A DNA stretch of 56,319 nt from a bacterium. GTDB lineage: Bacteria > Methylomirabilota > Methylomirabilia > CAVQYV01. The position numbers and the translations under genes are program-made. Below are positions 1 through 9,494 of this stretch, in pieces. The stretch spans positions 1 through 56,319 of the forward strand of contig JAZDMQ010000076.1 in assembly GCA_043800755.1 (NCBI GenBank). Reading direction: 5' to 3'. The stretch's first letter is position 1; each line of letters starts with the position of its first letter. Under the pieces are notes generated by a model. It searched no databases, was not told the DNA's origin, and saw only the letters and a list, made by a program, of their open reading frames with translations.

Positions 1-682
1 CCTGGAGCAGATCCCGGTTGGCCTGGCACAAATCCAAGTAGGCCCGCCCCCTCCCTTTCTCCTGCACCCAATCGCGCCACCTGGGGGACAGACGGGCAAA
101 GGCCTCGATCACCGGCTCGTCCACCTCGTAGCAGCAGGACCGGATAGAGGGCCCGATGGCGGCCACGCAGTCCTCAGGCTGGGTCCCAAAGACCTCTGAC
201 ATTCGCCGCACGACCTTTGCAGCCAGCCCGCTGGCCGTGCTCCTCCACCCCCCGTGAATCGCGGCAATCACCCTTTTCCTGGGGTCGAAAAGGAGAATAG
301 GAACGCAATCAGCGACCGAGACCGTGAGGATAAGGCCCGGAATCCGGGTGATAAGCGCATCGGCGGGACGGGTGGACAGACACTCGGGGAAGTCGGGTCG
401 GGATAGCATCCCTTGGTCGATCACCAAGATCTCATCCCCGTGCACCTGCTTGACTTTCACCAGTGGGTTGCCCTCGATCCCCATCTCCCCGAGAAGCCGG
501 CTGCGATTCTCGCGCACCGAATCGGGATGATCCCCCACCTCGAGGCTCAGGTTCAAAGAGGAGAAGGGAGGGCTGCTCATCCCTCCCCTGCGGGTGCTGA
601 ATCCATGAGCCAGTGTAGGATGCTCGCAGAGCCTTAAGAGCTGCAAATGTCTTAAGTCCGTTCTGACCCCACCTTTCCTCAT
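1..682 (-). CDS. pgeF: PgeF/YfiH peptidoglycan editing factor (purine nucleoside phosphorylase-like), 3' end outside the window
   Basis: Absent from the ORF track; translated by hand. ATG at 682 overlaps the upstream stop (TGATG). MRKGG...HGFSTRRGG..SLNL..QVHG..ADCVPILL..IHGGWR..IGPSIRSCCYEV, with the His/Cys/His motif residues intact. Frame stays open to the window edge. Confidence 0.93.
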   Translation of the reverse strand, partial: MRKGGVRTDLRHLQLLRLCEHPTLAHGFSTRRGGMSSPPFSSLNLSLEVGDHPDSVRENRSRLLGEMGIEGNPLVKVKQVHGDEILVIDQGMLSRPDFPECLSTRPADALITRIPGLILTVSVADCVPILLFDPRKRVIAAIHGGWRSTASGLAAKVVRRMSEVFGTQPEDCVAAIGPSIRSCCYEVDEPVIEAFARLSPRWRDWVQEKGRGRAYLDLCQANRDLLQ

Positions 683-2361
683 CAAAAGCCTGCCCTCCGA
701 AATTCCTCCAGCAGGTGCCCTTTGCTCACCCCGTCCTCCAGGTGATCCCAGGGAAAGACCTCCTCCGGCTGTCGCCGGCGATAGACATAGAAATCGGGAT
801 TCAGGCTCCATTCCTGAAAGGCCTTCTTCCATCGCCCGCCAAAGCGATGGGCCAAGAGGAGAAGGCCACCGAGCTGCCGATCCCCGCGGGCCAGCAAAGC
901 CTGGATGTAGCCCCATTGGGGGAGGTCGTGGAAGCAAATGATGTTGCTGGTGCCCTTGAGCGCCCTTTTGATCGCCCCCACCTTTTGCCGTAACCTACCC
1001 ACCTCCTCGAAGCCAAGCCACTGAAAGGGGGTCCAAGGCTTGGGCACGAAGGCATTGAGGCTCAAGGTGACCTGGCCCAATCGGGCGCTGCTCTTGGCGG
1101 CACTCAGCATGAGATGCTTCACCTTCTTGGCCATCGCGGCGATGGCCAGCACCTCCTCCTCTTGTTCGGAAGGAAGGCCCACCATGAAATAGAGCTTGAT
1201 ATTGGGGATCTTCTGGGCCAGGATTTGCTCCACCGTATGAAGGAAATCCTCCTCACCAATCCCCTTGCCCAGGACATGGCGAAGCCTCTCCGAGGCCGCC
1301 TCCGGGGCCAGGGTGATGGTCTTTTGCCCGCTCTGGGCCAGATAACGCAGCAGGCCTTCCGGGATGGCCCCTGCCCGCAGGGAGGGGGCAGAGACGGCAA
1401 AGCCTCTCTCCAGCAAATCCTGGCAGAGTCCTTCAATCTGGGGATGATCCGTGATGCAGGCCCCCACCAACCCTACCCTCTCTGGCAGGGTAATCCCTTC
1501 CAGGGATTGAAGGAGGGCCTCCCGGGTTCGAAAGCGAAAGGGACGATAGATCCCCCCGGCCAAACAGAAACGGCACCCTCCCTTGCAACCCCGATTGATC
1601 TCCAAAAGCAGCATATCCCCAAATTCGGTATGGGGGGTTCGGAGGAAGCTCAAGACGGGACAGCGATCGAGCTGGGCCACATAGTGCCTTTTGACGCGAG
1701 GGGGAGCCGGAGCGATCGCCTCCACTCCCTCAATGATCCCTTCCCTTCCGTAGAAGACGCGATAAAAACGGGGGATATAGACCCCTCCCGCCGTGGCCGC
1801 CTCCCTCAAGAAGGCCTCCCTTCCCCTTCCTTCTCCGCCCAGGGCGCGAAAGAGCCCAACAACCTCAGGGAAGGCCTCTTCTCCCTCCCCGAGGAAAAAG
1901 AGGTCGAAGAAATCTGCCATGGGCTCCGGATTGGAGAAGGCGCAGATTCCACCCATGACCACCAGGGGGTAACCCGGACCCCTCTGCTCAGAGAGCAATG
2001 GAATCCGGGCCAGATCCAAGATCTTCAGGATATTCAGGAAGTCGTTTTCGTAGGAGACCGAAAAGGCCACCATATCGAAGGAGGAGAGGGGACGACCTGA
2101 CTCCCAGGAGCAAAGGGGCGTCCTGGTCCTCTCGTATTCTGAGAGGTCTTCAGGGTCGGGGAGGAAGCCACGCTCGCAGAGGATATGGGGATGGAGATTC
2201 AGATAGTGATAGATGGCCTGGAATCCGAGATTGGACATCCCCACATAATAGGTGTTGGGATAAACCAAGGCCACCGAGACCTTCCCCCCGAAGGCCTTGT
2301 GACTCGTGCCTCTCTCCTCGTCCAGGAGCTTTTTGACTTTTTCTCTCAATTTCCAGGACAT
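682..2361 (-). CDS. Radical SAM protein with N-terminal B12-binding-like domain (resembles TIGR03960-type family)
   Basis: RGCKGGCRFC (CxxxCxxC); N-terminal YPNTYYVGMSNLG and NPEPMADFFD..GEGEE segments; 559 aa. Confidence 0.85.
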   Translation of the reverse strand: MSWKLREKVKKLLDEERGTSHKAFGGKVSVALVYPNTYYVGMSNLGFQAIYHYLNLHPHILCERGFLPDPEDLSEYERTRTPLCSWESGRPLSSFDMVAFSVSYENDFLNILKILDLARIPLLSEQRGPGYPLVVMGGICAFSNPEPMADFFDLFFLGEGEEAFPEVVGLFRALGGEGRGREAFLREAATAGGVYIPRFYRVFYGREGIIEGVEAIAPAPPRVKRHYVAQLDRCPVLSFLRTPHTEFGDMLLLEINRGCKGGCRFCLAGGIYRPFRFRTREALLQSLEGITLPERVGLVGACITDHPQIEGLCQDLLERGFAVSAPSLRAGAIPEGLLRYLAQSGQKTITLAPEAASERLRHVLGKGIGEEDFLHTVEQILAQKIPNIKLYFMVGLPSEQEEEVLAIAAMAKKVKHLMLSAAKSSARLGQVTLSLNAFVPKPWTPFQWLGFEEVGRLRQKVGAIKRALKGTSNIICFHDLPQWGYIQALLARGDRQLGGLLLLAHRFGGRWKKAFQEWSLNPDFYVYRRRQPEEVFPWDHLEDGVSKGHLLEEFRRAGF

Positions 2362-2696
2362 CGGATCAGTGGCTCGTTCTGCGTAGAGGACCCTTCTGCG
2401 GCACTTCCCCAGGGATATGAGGTGAGATATTCTTGGTTTGGGGCAGAAGAGATTTCAAGGATGAGGACTTGACCTTGCCTTCGCTGATGAAAAAACCCTG
2501 CCTCCGCGCTCTCGGGTGACAGGGACCTTCCTCCTCCTGACCAAAGGGACACCCTTCCCCCCCCGGTCGGGCTCTTGACCATACAGGCGCTAAAGATTTG
2601 CAGCGGCCCATCTCAGAAAGACAGGAAAGCCGATGCGGGTTGGGCTTCTAAGCCCTCCTCCCCTTGGGGGATTTCCCCTCTAAATCAGGAAACCCC

Positions 2697-3851
2697 TCAG
2701 TCCGCCTGTTTGCGCAGGAAGGTGGGGATGTCCAGGTCTTCATCATCAAAGGCCCGAAGGATCAACTGATCCGGCTTTCCTTCCGGCGACTTGCTCCCTT
2801 TCCTCCGCAGGTAGGTGGGGCGATCGAGATTCCTGCCGTGAATCGTCCGGAAATCAATGGCCTTACTGTTCTCGTCCATCGCCATCTTGGCGGCCGAATC
2901 AAATCCGGTGGCAATTACCGTTACCTTCATCTCATCCGCCATCTTCTCATCCACCACTGCCCCAAAAATGACATGCGCCTCAGGGTGGGCTGCCTCGAAG
3001 ATGGCGGAAGAGGCCTCGTTGACCTCATAGAGGGAGAGGTTAGAAGATCCGGTGATGTTAATGAGCAGACCCTTGGCCCCTTCGATCGAAACATTCTCGA
3101 GGAGGGGACTGTTGATCGCCCGATTAGCCGCCTCCGTCGCTCGATTCTCCCCGCTGGCAGTCCCGGTTCCCATGAGGGCCAGGCCCTTTTCCGCCATGAT
3201 GGTGCGCACATCAGCGAAATCCAGGTTGATGAGGCCCGGGACCACCACCAGATTGGATATCCCCTGAGCCGCCTGTTGCAGAATGGAATCGGCGATCCGG
3301 AAGGCATCCAGAAAAGAGGTCTGCCTCTCCACCACATTGAGCAGGCGTTCGTTCGGAATGGCGATCAAGGTATCCACCGCCGCCTTAAGCTCCATCAGGC
3401 CGTCTTCTGCCTGCCTCGCCCTGACCTTGCCTTCAAACCGGAATGGCTTCGTGACCACCGCGACCGTGAGGATGCCCATCTCCTTGGCAAGGTTGGCCAC
3501 GATGGGTGAGGCCCCGGTCCCTGTCCCCCCGCCCAGGCCAGCGGTGATGAAGACCATGTCGCAGCCCTCCAAGATGCTCAGGATCTTGTCGGTGTCCTCT
3601 ATGGCTGCCTTCCTTCCAATCTCGGGATTGGAGCCCGCCCCCAAACCCTTGGTCAGCTTTTCCCCGATCTGCAGCTTGGAAGAGACCGGAGAGGATATAA
3701 GGGCTTGAGCATCGGTGTTGATGACCACGAATTCCACCCCCTCGAAATTGGAAGTGGCCATCCGGGAAACCGCATTGCTCCCGCCTCCACCTATCCCAAT
3801 GACCTTGATCTTGGCCGATCCTTCCGGTTCCTCTTCGAATCGAAAGCCCAT
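2697..3851 (-). CDS. ftsZ: Cell division GTPase FtsZ
   Basis: IKVIGIGGGGSN, tubulin signature GLGGGTGTG, NLDFAD, C-terminal DIPTFLRKQ; SD AAGGAGG. Confidence 0.99.
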   Translation of the reverse strand: MGFRFEEEPEGSAKIKVIGIGGGGSNAVSRMATSNFEGVEFVVINTDAQALISSPVSSKLQIGEKLTKGLGAGSNPEIGRKAAIEDTDKILSILEGCDMVFITAGLGGGTGTGASPIVANLAKEMGILTVAVVTKPFRFEGKVRARQAEDGLMELKAAVDTLIAIPNERLLNVVERQTSFLDAFRIADSILQQAAQGISNLVVVPGLINLDFADVRTIMAEKGLALMGTGTASGENRATEAANRAINSPLLENVSIEGAKGLLINITGSSNLSLYEVNEASSAIFEAAHPEAHVIFGAVVDEKMADEMKVTVIATGFDSAAKMAMDENSKAIDFRTIHGRNLDRPTYLRRKGSKSPEGKPDQLILRAFDDEDLDIPTFLRKQAD

Positions 3852-3965
3852 CCGCGGCCTCCTTTCTTACGGCTGCCCTCGGGGCAGGCCCATTTGAGTT
3901 AAAACGAACGACTTCCTCAACGCATTGAGGACCCCAGGAGGAAACCCTCTGGGCGCATGGAGATC

Positions 3966-5204
3966 CTAAAAATACTCCTCAAACCATTCCTTCATGCGCG
4001 CGAATACCTTATTGAAGATGGCACGCTCCGGTACCTTCCGGAAACGACGCTGGGTTCGATGGGCAGCCCCATAAAGGACCAACCCCACGCCCGTTGCGTG
4101 AAGAGGGCTGGAGATAATATCCACCAATCCTCCCACCCCCTTAGGGTCTCCCCTCCTCACCGGGAGATCGAAGATCTGCTCCGCCAACTCCGGAATTCCC
4201 TCCATGATGGAGGACCCTCCGGTAATCACCACCCCGGCGGCCACCGCATCGTCATAGCCCGTTTTCTGGATCTCACGACTCACCAGAGAAAGGATCTCTT
4301 CCACCCGCGGTTGAATGATCTCACAGAGCAGTTGCCGGGAGAGGATCCTCGGCTTGCGCCCCCCCACGCTGGGAACCTCAATCGTCTCGTCCCCGTCAAT
4401 CATGGAGGTCATCGCGCACCCATACTTCTTCTTGATCCGCTCCGCCTCATGCATTGGGGTGCGGAGTCCGATGGCGATATCGTTGGTGAGGTGCTCTCCC
4501 CCCAGGGAAATGACCGAGCTGTGCCAGATGCTGCCCTGCACGAAGACCGCCATCCCGGTGGTTCCCCCTCCAATGTCGAGCAACACCACCCCCAATTCCT
4601 TTTCATCGGGAAGCAGCGCCGCCTCCGCCGAGGCCAGTTGCTCGAGCACAATATCGGAGACCTCGATCCCGGCCCGATTGACGCATTTGATAATATTCTG
4701 GGCCGAGGTCACGGCTGCGGTCACGATGTGGACCTCCGCCTCCAGCCTCACCCCCGCCATGCCCAGAGGCTCCTTGATCCCTCCCTGATCGTCAATGATG
4801 AATTCCTGAGGTAGGATATGGATGACCTCCCGATCTACTGGAAGGGCAACCGCCTTCGCCGCTTCGATGACCCGTTCCACGTCGTGGGTCGTCACCTCGC
4901 GGCCCTTGCCGGAAATGGCGATCACCCCGCGGCTGTTGAATCCTTTAATATGCCCCCCGGCAATCCCGACGAAGGCCGAGTTGATCTCCACTCCTGACAT
5001 CAATTCGGCTTCATGGACGGCCTTCTGGATGGAATCGACCGTGCTATCAATATTTATGACCACCCCCTTGCGCAGGCCTTTGGAGGGATGAACCCCGATG
5101 CCAATGATATCGATTTCTCCACCATCGGCTATCTCTCCCACGATCGCGCTGATCTTGGTCGTTCCAATGTCCAAGCCCACCACCAGATCCCTATCCTTTG
5201 CCAA
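3966..5204 (-). CDS. ftsA: Cell division protein FtsA
   Basis: VGLDIGTTKI, DIGGGTT, VITGG actin-like motifs. Start set at TTG 5204, 8 nt after GGAGG. Confidence 0.98.
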   Translation of the reverse strand: MAKDRDLVVGLDIGTTKISAIVGEIADGGEIDIIGIGVHPSKGLRKGVVINIDSTVDSIQKAVHEAELMSGVEINSAFVGIAGGHIKGFNSRGVIAISGKGREVTTHDVERVIEAAKAVALPVDREVIHILPQEFIIDDQGGIKEPLGMAGVRLEAEVHIVTAAVTSAQNIIKCVNRAGIEVSDIVLEQLASAEAALLPDEKELGVVLLDIGGGTTGMAVFVQGSIWHSSVISLGGEHLTNDIAIGLRTPMHEAERIKKKYGCAMTSMIDGDETIEVPSVGGRKPRILSRQLLCEIIQPRVEEILSLVSREIQKTGYDDAVAAGVVITGGSSIMEGIPELAEQIFDLPVRRGDPKGVGGLVDIISSPLHATGVGLVLYGAAHRTQRRFRKVPERAIFNKVFARMKEWFEEYF

Positions 5205-6093
5205 GTCCTTCACCTCCCTTTCCCGTGGGCTTCAAAATGACTCTCCCTGAAAATCGGAGATCGATATACTCCACTGAGGCCCAATCAATACCATACCGCG
5301 AAAAGACCTTTCCCATCCCTGCAAATTGCTCCTCCAAGGATTCCGGCCTCAATTTGAGGGAAGGCATCCCCTGGTCCAGCTTCACCTGGAGGCTGCCATC
5401 CTCAGTTTGGTAGATCTCCCGGATCTGTCCTCCTACACCCTTGAGGAATTGGCTGAAACCACGCCACAGGTAGCAATCCCGCTGAAACATGGCAGATCTG
5501 ACGGTATCCCCTACCTGGAAGCTGCGCTCGCCTTCCAACCGAATCAAGGGCAACTTGGGACTATCCTGCCCCTTCAAGGAGGCCAAGATCATCCCATCTT
5601 CGCTCACCAGGAAAGGATCACCGCCGAGGAGAACGCCGGCTGGCCTTCTTTCCACCACCCTCACCAACAAGGTATGGGGGAGGCGGCGGCGGATGGAGGC
5701 CTCTTGAACCCAGGGATTACGCCGGGCTCTCCCTGCCAGCTCGGAGAGATCAAGGAGCAGTATATTTGCGTTCGGCTCTAAACTCAACGAACTCGAGACC
5801 TCTTGGGGCGAGACCTGGGAGCACCTTTCCACCCGGACCGCCTCCACCCGAAAAAGAGGCGAAGTGCAAAACTGCTTATAACTCCAGGAGGCGATCCCAG
5901 CCCCGAGCAGGGGGAGGACCAGGAGGAAAAGCAAGGCCCTCCCCGCCCTCCTTCCTCCGAGCTTGCGCCTTCCACGCCTTTGGCCTCGAAAAGAAGGGGC
6001 ACTGGACGGCCTTCGGCAGTAATCTGTCGTCCCACCGAAGCTCCCCGCGGCCAGCCGGGAAGAATCCTCAAAGGCAAGGCTTCTCTTGATCAC
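5191..6093 (-). CDS. ftsQ: Cell division protein FtsQ/DivIB
   Basis: Basic N-terminus, one TM segment, POTRA region (NPWVQEASIRRRLPHTLLVRVVER), C-terminal YIDLRF; lies between ddl and ftsA. GTG start after AAGGAG (start uncertain). Confidence 0.9.
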   Translation of the reverse strand: MIKRSLAFEDSSRLAAGSFGGTTDYCRRPSSAPSFRGQRRGRRKLGGRRAGRALLFLLVLPLLGAGIASWSYKQFCTSPLFRVEAVRVERCSQVSPQEVSSSLSLEPNANILLLDLSELAGRARRNPWVQEASIRRRLPHTLLVRVVERRPAGVLLGGDPFLVSEDGMILASLKGQDSPKLPLIRLEGERSFQVGDTVRSAMFQRDCYLWRGFSQFLKGVGGQIREIYQTEDGSLQVKLDQGMPSLKLRPESLEEQFAGMGKVFSRYGIDWASVEYIDLRFSGRVILKPTGKGGEGLGKG

Positions 6094-6155
6094 CTTGCTC
6101 CTTCGCTGAATTGAGGGCCTGTTGCAGGGAGGGGGAGCGCAACGCCTCGTCATCT

Positions 6156-7079
6156 TCAGCTCCCCTTCTCCAGGGCTAACTCCAGGATCCTGCGGGTCAA
6201 TGCTTGAAAGTCATAACCTGCGGCCGCCGCCGCCTTGGGGAGCAGGCTCGTCTCCGTCATGCCCGGTACTGTATTGACCTCCAAGACGAAGGGGGTCCCA
6301 TTCTCATCCAGGCGAAAATCCACGCGAGAAAAGCCCGCACAACCCAAGGCCCGATGGGCCGCAGTAGCCATTTCCTGAACCTGGCGAAGCGAGGCATCCG
6401 CAAGGGGAGCAGGGACCAGATATTCGGTCATTCCGGGAGTATACTTGGCTCGATAATCATAGAATCCCGAAGCCGCAACCATCTCGATTGGAGGCAATGG
6501 CTCCTCTCCGAGAATACCTACGGTGATTTCCTTCCCCGGGATGTATCTTTCGATAAGGGCCGAAGAACCATGATGAAAAGCATCCTCCAGGGCCGGACCC
6601 AGTTCCCTCTCCTCTCGCACAATGCTCACACCAATCGTCGAACCCTCTTCCAGGGGCTTGACCACCACCGGCAAACCAAAGGGGATCTTGGAAACGGGAA
6701 TGGGCGTCTTACAATCTCCTTTCCAGACCCGATAGGGGGGCGTCGACAGCCCATGGAATTCAAAGAGTTGCTTGGAATAGAGCTTGTTCATGGCCAAGGC
6801 GCTTGCCAGGACCCCTGACCCAGTGTAGGGAATCCCCGACAATTCTAAGAGTCCTTGGATGGTCCCGTCTTCGCCTCCGCGGCCATGCAGGGCAATAAAG
6901 GCCACCTCCACTCTTCCCGCCCGGAGCCGATCCACAACATCGGGGCCCACATCGATCCCCTCCACCTCCAGACCCTGTGCCTTCAAGGCTCGCTCAATGG
7001 CCCGGCCCGACCTGAGGGAGACCTCTCTTTCCGCCGAAGTCCCTCCCATCAATACCCCGATGCGCCGGTCGATCTTCAT
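6156..7079 (-). CDS. ddl: D-alanine--D-alanine ligase
   Basis: GGTSAEREVSL, LHGRGGEDG, YDYRAKY, LEVNTVPGMT; ATG overlaps the murB stop (ATGA). Confidence 0.98.
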   Translation of the reverse strand: MKIDRRIGVLMGGTSAEREVSLRSGRAIERALKAQGLEVEGIDVGPDVVDRLRAGRVEVAFIALHGRGGEDGTIQGLLELSGIPYTGSGVLASALAMNKLYSKQLFEFHGLSTPPYRVWKGDCKTPIPVSKIPFGLPVVVKPLEEGSTIGVSIVREERELGPALEDAFHHGSSALIERYIPGKEITVGILGEEPLPPIEMVAASGFYDYRAKYTPGMTEYLVPAPLADASLRQVQEMATAAHRALGCAGFSRVDFRLDENGTPFVLEVNTVPGMTETSLLPKAAAAAGYDFQALTRRILELALEKGS

Positions 7080-7984
7080 CTCTCCCCCACCACCTGTACC
7101 TCCAGCTCCAGCTTGATATTCAGTTCCCTCTCTGCCCGCTCTTGAACAAGCTCGATCAGACGGCACACATCCGCGGCCCTTGCCCCTCCCAGGTTTTCAA
7201 TGAAGTTGGCATGAAGCTCGGATATCCTGGCTCTGCCCACCATCTTCCCCTTCAGCCCCAAAGACTCGATGATCTGTCCTGCATGAGCCCCAGGCGGATT
7301 CCGAAATACCGATCCGGCAGTAGCCGCCGGCAGCGGTTGACTTCTCCTGCGCTCCGCCTGAATGCTCTCCATTTTTTCCTGCACAACGGGTGGCTCTTCC
7401 TGCCGCAGGCGGAATTCCGCCTCCACAATCACCCCCTCGCAGGGAAGGAGACACCTGCGATAGGAAAAGGCCAAATCCCTTCGAGGAAAGGTATGGGGCT
7501 GTCCCTGCCAATTTAGAATCCACAACCTCTCCAGGACCTGATCGATCGAACCTCCAAAAGCCCCCGCATTCCCCTTAGCGCCTCCGCCCACCGTTCCCGG
7601 GATACCCGACAGGAATTCGAGGCCTGACAGGCCCCTCTTCGCCGCCCCCGCGGCAAGCAAGGGGAGATCTACTCCTGCTCCTGCCTGGACGACATCGCAG
7701 TCGAATTTCATCTCCTTCAAGCCCCGGCAGAGATTGAGCACCGTCCCCCTGATCCCTCCATCCTGGACCAGGAGATTGGTTCCCCTTCCCATGACCAAGA
7801 GAGGCTCCCCAGCTTTGCTTGCCTCCCCCAAGATCTCCTTCAAGTCTTCTGAACTCTGGGGAAAGACCATCAGATCGCAGGGGCCCCCGACCTTCAAGTA
7901 GGTATGATGAGCAAGAGGCTCATCACCAAAGGCGGCACCCTTCCACTTCTCCTTCACCCAGGATCTGAATGCTTCCCTGCCCAA
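7076..7984 (-). CDS. murB: UDP-N-acetylenolpyruvoylglucosamine reductase
   Basis: GRGTNLLVQDGG, GIPGTVGG, GNAGAFG, AGSVFRNP, HANFIEN. Confidence 0.97.
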   Translation of the reverse strand: MGREAFRSWVKEKWKGAAFGDEPLAHHTYLKVGGPCDLMVFPQSSEDLKEILGEASKAGEPLLVMGRGTNLLVQDGGIRGTVLNLCRGLKEMKFDCDVVQAGAGVDLPLLAAGAAKRGLSGLEFLSGIPGTVGGGAKGNAGAFGGSIDQVLERLWILNWQGQPHTFPRRDLAFSYRRCLLPCEGVIVEAEFRLRQEEPPVVQEKMESIQAERRRSQPLPAATAGSVFRNPPGAHAGQIIESLGLKGKMVGRARISELHANFIENLGGARAADVCRLIELVQERAERELNIKLELEVQVVGER

Positions 7985-7999
7985 TGGTCGCCAATTGGC

Positions 8000-9388
8000 T
8001 CAGAGGCTTCCGCCCTCGGTCTCTAACCTCCCCGCCAACTCCTCTCCTACTCTCCAGATGTCTCCCGCCCCCAAGGTCAGCACCAGGTCTCCCTCTTCGA
8101 TCAAACCCATCGCCAGATCGCAGATCTTTCCCTTCTCCCTCACAAAATATGCCTCTTTGTGGCCGCGTTCTCTGACCCCCTGGACAATAAGGGATCCACT
8201 GATTCCGGGGATGGCCTCCTCTCCAGCCGGATAGATCTCTGTGACAATGAGCACATCCGCTTGATGAAAGGCGCGATAGAACTCGGGCAGCAGGAAGTGG
8301 GTGCGGGTGTACCGATGGGGTTGGAATATCACCACCAATCGCCGATCGAAGGAATCTTTGGCTGCCTTGAGGGTCGCCAGTATCTCCGCGGGATGGTGGC
8401 CGTAGTCGTCAACCAGCATCACATCTTGGGCAAATATTCCCTTCACCTGGAAGCGGCGGGCCACCCCGCTAAACTCCTGTAACGCCTCCCGGATGATAGG
8501 GAAGTCTATTTCCAGCTCCAGGCCTACCGCGACCGCTGCGAGGGCATTGAGCACATTGTGCAATCCCGGACCCTGAAGGGAGACCTTCCCCAGGAATTGA
8601 TTGTGCGACAAAACCTCGAAGCTGGCGTTGAGGTTGATCAGCCGGATCCCCCGCGCGGTGAGGTCTGCCTGAGAATGCAGGCCATAGGTGACAAAGCGCT
8701 TTTCAATCGCAGGCAGGATTTCCTGGATGTTCACCTGGTCCAAACAGAGCACGGCTGCCCCGTAGAAGGGCACCTTATTCACAAACTGTATGAAGGTGGA
8801 CTTGATATGATCGAGGTCTCGATAGAAATCCAGGTGCTCCTCGTCGATGGTCGTCACCACCGCGATGGTGGGCGAGAGTTTGAGGAAGGAGCCATCGCTC
8901 TCATCGGCCTCGGCCACAAGAAAGTCCCCCTTGCCTAATCGCGCATTGAACCCCAGGCTGTTCAGCCTTCCCCCAATGACAATGGTAGGATCCAATCCTG
9001 CCTTGGCCAAGATGCCAGAGATCATAGAGGTGGTGGTGGTCTTCCCATGGGTCCCTGCCACCGCGATCCCGTACTTCATGCGCATAAGCTCCGCCAGCAT
9101 TTCCGCCCGGGGGATAATGGGAATCAGCCTTTCCCGGGCGGCCAGCAGCTCCGCATTGTTGGGGGCAACCGCGGAGGAGCGCACCACCACATCCGCACCC
9201 TCGACCTGTGAGGCATCGTGACCGATGTAAACCCGGATGCCCAGGGATTCGAGGTGCACCGTGTTCTCGGAAACCCTGAGATCAGATCCAGAAACCCGGT
9301 AACCGAGGTTTGCCAGGACCTCGGCAATCCCGGACATCCCCACCCCCCCGATCCCCACGAAATGGATTTGCTGCACCTTCCTCAACAT
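8000..9388 (-). CDS. murC: UDP-N-acetylmuramate--L-alanine ligase
   Basis: [35 protein letters not shown]. Confidence 0.98.
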   Translation of the reverse strand: MLRKVQQIHFVGIGGVGMSGIAEVLANLGYRVSGSDLRVSENTVHLESLGIRVYIGHDASQVEGADVVVRSSAVAPNNAELLAARERLIPIIPRAEMLAELMRMKYGIAVAGTHGKTTTTSMISGILAKAGLDPTIVIGGRLNSLGFNARLGKGDFLVAEADESDGSFLKLSPTIAVVTTIDEEHLDFYRDLDHIKSTFIQFVNKVPFYGAAVLCLDQVNIQEILPAIEKRFVTYGLHSQADLTARGIRLINLNASFEVLSHNQFLGKVSLQGPGLHNVLNALAAVAVGLELEIDFPIIREALQEFSGVARRFQVKGIFAQDVMLVDDYGHHPAEILATLKAAKDSFDRRLVVIFQPHRYTRTHFLLPEFYRAFHQADVLIVTEIYPAGEEAIPGISGSLIVQGVRERGHKEAYFVREKGKICDLAMGLIEEGDLVLTLGAGDIWRVGEELAGRLETEGGSL

Positions 9389-9494
9389 CGATTGACCCTC
9401 AGTGCTCTTGCCAAGCCAGCCCAGCCATCCTCAACACTTTCTGCCCTCTTCTCTCGCTCCACCCTTCCCCTCAAACTTCTCAACCTCCCTTGCA

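Noticed and set aside
2346-2611. 78-aa and 81-aa ORFs between ftsZ and the radical SAM gene
   Set aside because: No SD at their starts and no motifs; they run through hairpins and homopolymers.
2611-2616. CTGAGA (TPP riboswitch hallmark)
   Set aside because: The other TPP elements (ACCTGA, TAAT-CC-GCG-AGGGA) are missing.
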